Shown piece by piece: positions 57,200 through 64,000 of a stretch of DNA of 64,000 nt. Each line of letters begins with the position of its first letter. The first letter of the stretch is position 1. The position numbers and the translations under genes are program-made. The notes beneath the pieces are model-generated. The model saw nothing but the letters and a program-made list of their open reading frames with translations, was not told the DNA's origin and made no database searches. Source of the DNA: Zancudomyces culisetae HAW-14-8 (Eukaryota > Fungi > Kickxellomycota). Location of the stretch: assembly GCA_052426225.1 (NCBI GenBank), contig JBNJNM010000023.1, forward strand, positions 806,001 through 870,000, given 5' to 3'.

Positions 57200-57999
57200 T
57201 CTTTTTGTTTTTATTATACTATAAAATCACCAGTTTTTTAGATGGAGGCAAATGTTGGTATTTCAATTCTGCAATTATCCACACTCTTTTCCTTTGAGAA
57301 AATTAAATGAATATATTGTGTTTTGGTTTTGTGAATTGAATTGGCGAAACCCCCATTTGAAAATTAACTGAAATGTTACCATTCCACTTCAACTAACGAA
57401 TAGAGCAACAGGATTTAGATTGGGAAATAGAATAACTGACTGTTCCTAGGCCACTCTCGTGTAGAATGCTCTTAATTTCAAAAAATAAATTCAGCAACAT
57501 CAATTTAACAGCAGAAATTAATTAAAAGTTTTTTTTTTATTCTCTTTCTCGCATAACTTATCTTTCTAAAAAAAATATACGTAGTTTCCGAGAAATAGAA
57601 TTGAATGTATGGACATTTGGTCGTGCTCTTTTAGCAAAGAAATATTTTCATTTGCATGGAAAACGTGGGTGCTAAAAGTGGAAGTATTTTTATAACAGAG
57701 AATATATCATCCACTTTAAACGAACGCTTTTGTTACAAAGATATATTGGTTTTATTGAGCTAGCATAAAATTGTCCCTACTACTAAACGTTCATAAAGAA
57801 AAATAAAAGTACAAACCTCATGACAGCTTCAGTCATGAATAAATCAATGTAACTGTCTTTTTTCTTACATATACAGGACAATGATTGCATCATTCCTAGG
57901 TATACTCCACATTATCACAGAGTTTTTTTCTGTCTTGGTTCATTCCGGGAACACAAAAAAATTGAACAAGGGTATAGACGAGTAAAATAACTGTCTTTA

Positions 58000-58045
58000 A
58001 CCAAACCAAACCAAACTAAACTAAACTAAACTAAACTAAACTAAA
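58000..58045. repeat. (AAACC/AAACT)n microsatellite
   Basis: Direct reading. Confidence 0.85.
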
Positions 58046-58362
58046 CAGTGGTTTGAGTAGGTACCGAACGACATCGAAACTAGTACAGTTTTCCCTTGTC
58101 AGAGGTATAATTGATTTATCTAGTTTGAAGTGGATCCACAAGACAAAACAATAGATACTTGGTTTATTTTTGTTATTAGCCGTGTACAAACTGACCATGT
58201 GTGTATTTACTCCTCACATTTCTCTACCTTTTCCCTTTTTCCTCGCTGTTTGTAAATCAAGAAATAGTAAATTCAATAAATTTATAATATATATCCGTCC
58301 TGAAAATATGGACATAAAACAGAGCTGGTACCACAGACTAAAACCTCAAAGGAGAGAAAACT

Positions 58363-58440
58363 GAAATTTAAATTGAAATTGAAATTGAAATTGAAATTGG
58401 AGTTGGAAGTGGAAGTGGAACTGGAATTAGAATTAGAATT
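58363..58440. repeat. Drifting hexamer microsatellite (GAAATT > GGAAGT > AGAATT)
   Basis: Direct reading. Confidence 0.8.
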
Positions 58441-59829
58441 CAAGTTTGTGTAGTATTCAACTGTATTGTAGAGCCCAAATCTACACATACTGGTATTTGT
58501 AAATAGTAGACATGCATACTATCAAATAGACTATTGTGTGTAGCTATATTGACATCTATAAACATAAGCAACCTTGTACATACACCATAATATTTAGTGC
58601 ATCAAGGCATTTTGCGATACTTCTTGAAAATCTAGTATAATAATGACTAAAACCTAGAAGGTTAAAGCTTTTAATGTGGTATTAGAGCTATCACTACTGG
58701 GAACACAACTTTTCGTTTGGTTAGCAATTTTTTCTATTCATACTTCTAGTTTTATTTAACCAACTCCTTCAACTTATCTTTAATACTAATAATAAACTAC
58801 AAAGTACTTTGAATGAGAACTTTATAATTTCTGTTATCTTGTGCAGTTGATTTTTGAATGAAATAGAATATATAACGGGTATTCTGTGATTGTGGCTGTG
58901 TGATTATCACTTGTTCATTGTGCAAATTAAATAACGATGCAATTGTTTGGGAAGATATGGAGTAGACAAAGTCGATTGAAATATAGTGCATTGTATAATT
59001 CAATTGTAAAAATAAAAACAAAAAGAAAGGAAAAGGGCGCTATTCAATCTCTTTCGCTTATTACCCGAAACAAATAAAACCCCCCCCCAAAAAAATCTTG
59101 GTCTGCAGCCACGATGAGATGTTCGTGTAACAATGCAAGGGTATCGGTTGTTGAGCAATTAGGGTTTGATTTAATGGAATGCAATCTTGCCACTAGTCCT
59201 TGCTTTAGTGGACATGTAGGGGCGTTCGTAAAAGTTTAAAAAAAAATGTCTCCGCCATATTATTAGTGAATATTAAGCAATATCAGTTTAATATACCAAT
59301 TTAATTTCCAAGCCAGAGATGATAAAGTTAAAAGTTCATGATAGTAATAGCATCTCCGCTTTAATAAAGGTCAGCCTTTAAATTGTACTAAGTTAGGGTT
59401 TAGCGGAGTTCACGGTACCAACAAATTAGTCCTGTACTTGGAAAAGTATGCTATTGAACACCAGAAATAGAGTTTGGACGTGTGGTGGCAACCAGCGTAC
59501 TTAAAATCAATTGTGTCTATTCTGACCATTATAAATTTTTCTTCATTATTCACACTATCAAGGTCCAAAAATTCTCATAGGATTAGCATCACTTTTATGT
59601 TTATGACTCCTTTTTTAAAAAAAAACGTAATAAATATGTGAAAAATGCGCTACTCTGTTATTTTTAAATAATGTAAATATACATATTGAAAATATCATAA
59701 AAGTAAAAATCATAACTACATCACTCAGTATTAGGACATCCAAGTATTCGAACTAATTATATCCTATTCAAACGACACAGCGTAATTGCAGCTGAAATCC
59801 ATGAACCAAGAGAATTATATTTCATCAAA

Positions 59830-61970
59830 ATGTTAAAAAACAAACCGTCTTCGGCCTTAAACGAAATAACAAGTAAGAGAACAACATTACAATTATACTG
59901 CAAGTATAGAGTATCTTATATAATAGTGAATGTTATCTATACATAGTTGGCAACAGAGGTGTCTTTATACTTCTCACTCTGCTTCAGGTGTATTTGTATT
60001 CACACAACATGATCAAATTTCGAAAAGGAAACGTCGTTAAAAATTTGTACTTTTGTACGTTTCTTCCGCTGAATATAAACTTTGCACTAATTTTTTTCTT
60101 CATGTCACCAACACTGTTGATGATACTAAGAGCAACTATTTTGGATCCAATATGCAGATTGCTGAAGATAATGAAAGCGTCAAAGTCGTACTGGTGGTGG
60201 AGATCCATAAGATTCGAAAACACTGTAGGCCTTCACATATTTACAGCGCTTTGGCTACTATTTTGGGCTTACATTCATGGCATGCTGGCTCTGGTGTATT
60301 TTTACCTTAATGTGTTTACTGGTGAGCCAAGAGGGAAAAAACAAAAAAGGTTTTCTATTTATAATGATCACAGTCCTCAAGTACTTGATCTTATTCCATC
60401 GAATAAAGGCAAAAAAAACGTAATATTTCTACTATCAAAGGCAAACCTATACATGTTTATTACCGGATTTGTTTTGCTGGGCTTATTCACAATAATAAGT
60501 GTATTAGCATTACGTAAGTTATTTATATATTATAATTAAAAAGAAAACCTAACGTTTATTACCAATGACATACATATATCACATTATCCATAAACACATC
60601 ATACTTATCGTGCTTATATGTTATCTCAAAAACTAGCCAAGATCAGAAAACGATTTTTTGAACTGTTCTACTACACGCATCATTTGTTCATTCCAGCAAT
60701 ATTTTTGTACTATCTTCATGCAGGAAAGATAGACATTTATTGGGGTATTACAATTGGTATATACATTGCTGATAGAGTATACAGAACGATCATGAAAAGA
60801 AGACTAAACAATCCTACGCTTATTGTGAAAAGGTGGGCTCCAAATACTCTTGAGATAAGGATTCCGGCGAGAATGGGATTCTATAAACTAATCTCTTACC
60901 CGAGATTGAGTATTGCACAGTACCTTTATCTAAACTGCCCATCACTCTCGTTTCTACAGTGGCATCCATTTGATACGACTTTTGCGCCTGGGGATACTCA
61001 TGCTAGCGTGTTTATCTCTTGTAGACAAGGATGGACACAAAAACTATACAAAAAAATATTTAACGACGACACTCTCTCGTCAGTTGGCTCGTATGCAAAG
61101 CTTGAAGTTTTAAGGTCACCAAGCGCTAATGAGTTTTCTGGAGCATCATTTTTAAATAACAACAATAATAATGATACATCTGTCATAAAAAAAAATCCTG
61201 AGAATGATGCTTATCACATTCAGAATTTTGAAAAGGGGACCAACCCATCAAATACTGAAAAACCATCAATTCAAGACCACACCGAGCGCAATCAACGATT
61301 CAATAATTTTGAAGTCATAACCGCCAAGACTAACAACCTGACACTACTAATCAGTACCACATACAAGTCGCCGCTCTACTATGTTATAGAAAATCAGATT
61401 GGTGCATTTATTGTCGGCGGCACTGGTGTAGCTGTTGCACTCTCCATTGGAAAAATGTTCATTCGAAATTTGGCAAAACGATATTGGGACTTAAAACTGG
61501 AAAAAGTATACATTTTTTGGATTTGCAGTAACCAGCAGATGTTCAATATTATAGAGGTAAAAAACTATTAATTATTATTTCTTTCTAGTTATAAAGCAAA
61601 TTCTAACTGGCCAAAAATCGATTAGGAAATGTGCGAGGAAGTAGTACAAAAAAACATGCAAGACAAGGTCGAAATAGTCCTTTACAAGACTGCAGAACCT
61701 ATTGGCGCAGAGGGCATCGAATGGGTAAATAAATTGCAAACCTTGGCTCCACAAGGAGTGACGTGGATTTCTATTAGGAATGGAAGGCCTGATATATCTG
61801 AGGTGTACCAGTATTTGGTCGAAAGTAACATTTCTAAAACCGTTGGGGTAGCGGCGGTGGGACCTAAAAAACTTATTAGAACCGCCAGAAGAGCATCCGT
61901 ATACTACAACCGAAGTAAAAGCGCCAAAGGCAAAATCAATTTCTATCAAGGTAATTATTTCTTTATCTAA
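59830..61970 (+). CDS. Ferric reductase / NADPH oxidase family flavocytochrome (exons 59830-59872, 59947-60513, 60637-61556, 61626-61970)
   Basis: Heme His pairs H-x13-H and FELFYYTHHLF...LH, QYLYLNCPSLSFLQWHPF (FAD), VGGTGV (NADPH), AVGP; in-frame GT-AG introns. Confidence 0.85.
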
Positions 61971-62537
61971 ATACTCGATCCATATTTTTATCCAACCAAC
62001 CTTTTTAACTTGACTATCACTTGACTGTTAAAATTAATAGAATTCTACTAGGGTCCTGAGTATTAAGAGTCCAAAATAAACATAACAATCAGCATATTTA
62101 ATAACAAGAATGATTCAATACACTTTTTCTAATAACTAACTTATTTTTATTTATAACACTGATGTTGTACATTCTATCAACATCTTTGTTCGTACATAGT
62201 TTTCAATAGCACTTTTCCTGTCAAATAAAGAAGATATGAATAGCTAAATATTTTGATATATAAAGTCCGTTTAGAACTACGAGTTAAATGTGTAGCTCTG
62301 GAATGACCAGCTAACTCAGCAGCGGTTAGCCCTTCTTTTTTTTTTCTCTCTCCGTTCTCAGAAGCGGATCTTTCAGTTTGCCACTACTTAGATCAAGATT
62401 TATGGTTTGCTCGTTGACATTGTTGCTCTACAAAAATAGTACCCAGACTTTGCAATGGGTTTAAAAAGTGCACTTATATTGAACCAGACGTTACTATTGC
62501 TTTGTGACCCTCTTTCAAAAAAGGATAGTTGTGGTTT

Positions 62538-63842
62538 CTAAGCAATAAACGAAAAGGTGGTAAAAAGAAAACAAACAACAGCCATACCAATACCCAAACC
62601 AGAATAAACTACAGACTCTGAAATCACAGAGATAGGGGATTCATCAACACTATTGTACAGAGAAGTGGATAGTAGAAAACCCCACAAAATACAACAGTAA
62701 CCACACGTCCTGAACAAGTTAATACTCGACACATAACAAGGATGAGTCCTTATATTAAAACAAACCATTGAAATGATGGTAGCCATGGAAAATAGACTCT
62801 GAAATGGTGAGTAGTCCCTGGACAACAGCAAGTAGATTATTGACATCACCAAACCTACAAACAAATTTGCAAATGTTAAAGGTATATCTTACGGCTAGAG
62901 ATATATATGTAAACAAATATGTAAACAAATATGTCGAGTTATCTATGTTGGTCGTGGAAAATAATAATGCGGTTTTCAAGCACTCGATTGAATTGAGTGG
63001 AATTGGTAACAAATTTACTGTATAACAAATATGTACATACACACATAAAACTTACTTTGGTTTTTCAAGAAAGCTACTCCAAAAGATTTGAATTGGATTT
63101 CGCCTTTTCGTGGTAAATACTCATAGCAGCAGCTGAATATCGTGAATATTATGTAGAATACGGTGTATGCAAGTAAACTAACAACTAAAAGTGACAAGTT
63201 GTTTTCGACCGCACAATTTAGAACGCCTATTCGGAACCTCGAAGGATCAATAGGACTTCCGTGCCGTTTTTCAAGCAGAATATTGGTATTGCATGATATC
63301 GAGCTCAAATATATCACAAGTGTCGGGAGGTAGAGCAAATTAACAACCGGAACCAAAAAGTAAATTAAAAAGAGTAGTCGTTTTCGAAGCATATATATGA
63401 GCACTAGTGTTAGTACCAGTGCTCCGTGTATTGAAAGGCATCCATACATAAGAACCAAGTATACTTTACTTGTGATAAGGCTCAAAAAACGGTTGAGTCC
63501 ACCTTCATCAAAACTACCGTACACATCAATTATTTGACGAACAGGATACCAGCATAAAAGCAGTACTTCCATTAGTATAACCAATACCTGCACTACGTTA
63601 AGGATGTTCAAATCAAACTTCTTGTATTGAGTGTTGTAAATTTTGAGGTGTAGCAGCGCATTCCTGGTAAAATACATTCGTCGTTTAAAGTATATCCTCT
63701 GTCTAAACATGACCAGTAAATTCAAATTTATAATGTAAACCAATGCTCCTTGCTGTAAAAGCCCTCCAAACATTATTGCAACCCCTGCAACTATCCCAAA
63801 AGTAAATACCAAGCTGAATATGTCTATCGTTACATATTCCAT
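62538..63842 (-). CDS. Multi-pass membrane protein of unknown function (exons ~63842-63056 and ~62887-62538; 3' end uncertain)
   Basis: Two hydrophobic ORFs joinable by a GTAAGT...AAG intron; many TM-like segments. Confidence 0.55.
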
Positions 63843-64000
63843 ATTTTTCTGTTTGTTCTCACCCTTTTTCAGAAACTTATACAGATTAAAATAACCGAGA
63901 AATATGTTGAGTTGAAATTTTAAATTGTCTACAAATAAAAGCAGCTCGTCAGCTAAGATGTGCTCTTGCTGCTCAACTCTGTCTATCTTTGCTTCACATA

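Overview
AT-rich eukaryotic DNA with short GT-AG introns and fungal-type genes. The gene set (Whi3/Scw1, Swa2, Kex1, Vps74, Tma16) and low GC suggest an early-diverging fungus, possibly a Harpellales/Kickxellomycotina insect-gut fungus; this is inference only. The first ~23 kb is a gene-poor accessory region. It holds a small-ORF family, three tRNA genes (Phe, and a Gly-Trp tandem with a 4-nt spacer), a decayed gag relic, and a 2134-aa secreted repetitive cationic protein. It also holds a near-intact Ty3/gypsy element 7 bp upstream of tRNA-Gly and two related solo LTRs with different 4-bp TSDs lying 74 and 98 bp DOWNSTREAM of tRNA genes; one of these contains a nested LTR with heat-shock-element motifs. 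The rest is mostly conserved genes (TMA16, NAXE/NNR1, ISD11, ZZ/EF-hand, KEX1-like, ERV25, SWA2, WHI3-like, VPS74, FRE/NOX) mixed with orphan secreted Cys-rich proteins. Best leads: (1) a tRNA-3'-targeting LTR family coexisting with a tRNA-5'-targeting gypsy; (2) a 10-Cys cationic domain I do not recognise, shared by two secreted low-complexity proteins (candidate adhesive/holdfast system); (3) a P450-like protein lacking the heme cysteine; (4) a near-identical 600-bp upstream block shared by two highly diverged secreted paralogs; (5) a 5' G-rich to 3' C-rich composition flip inside several genes.
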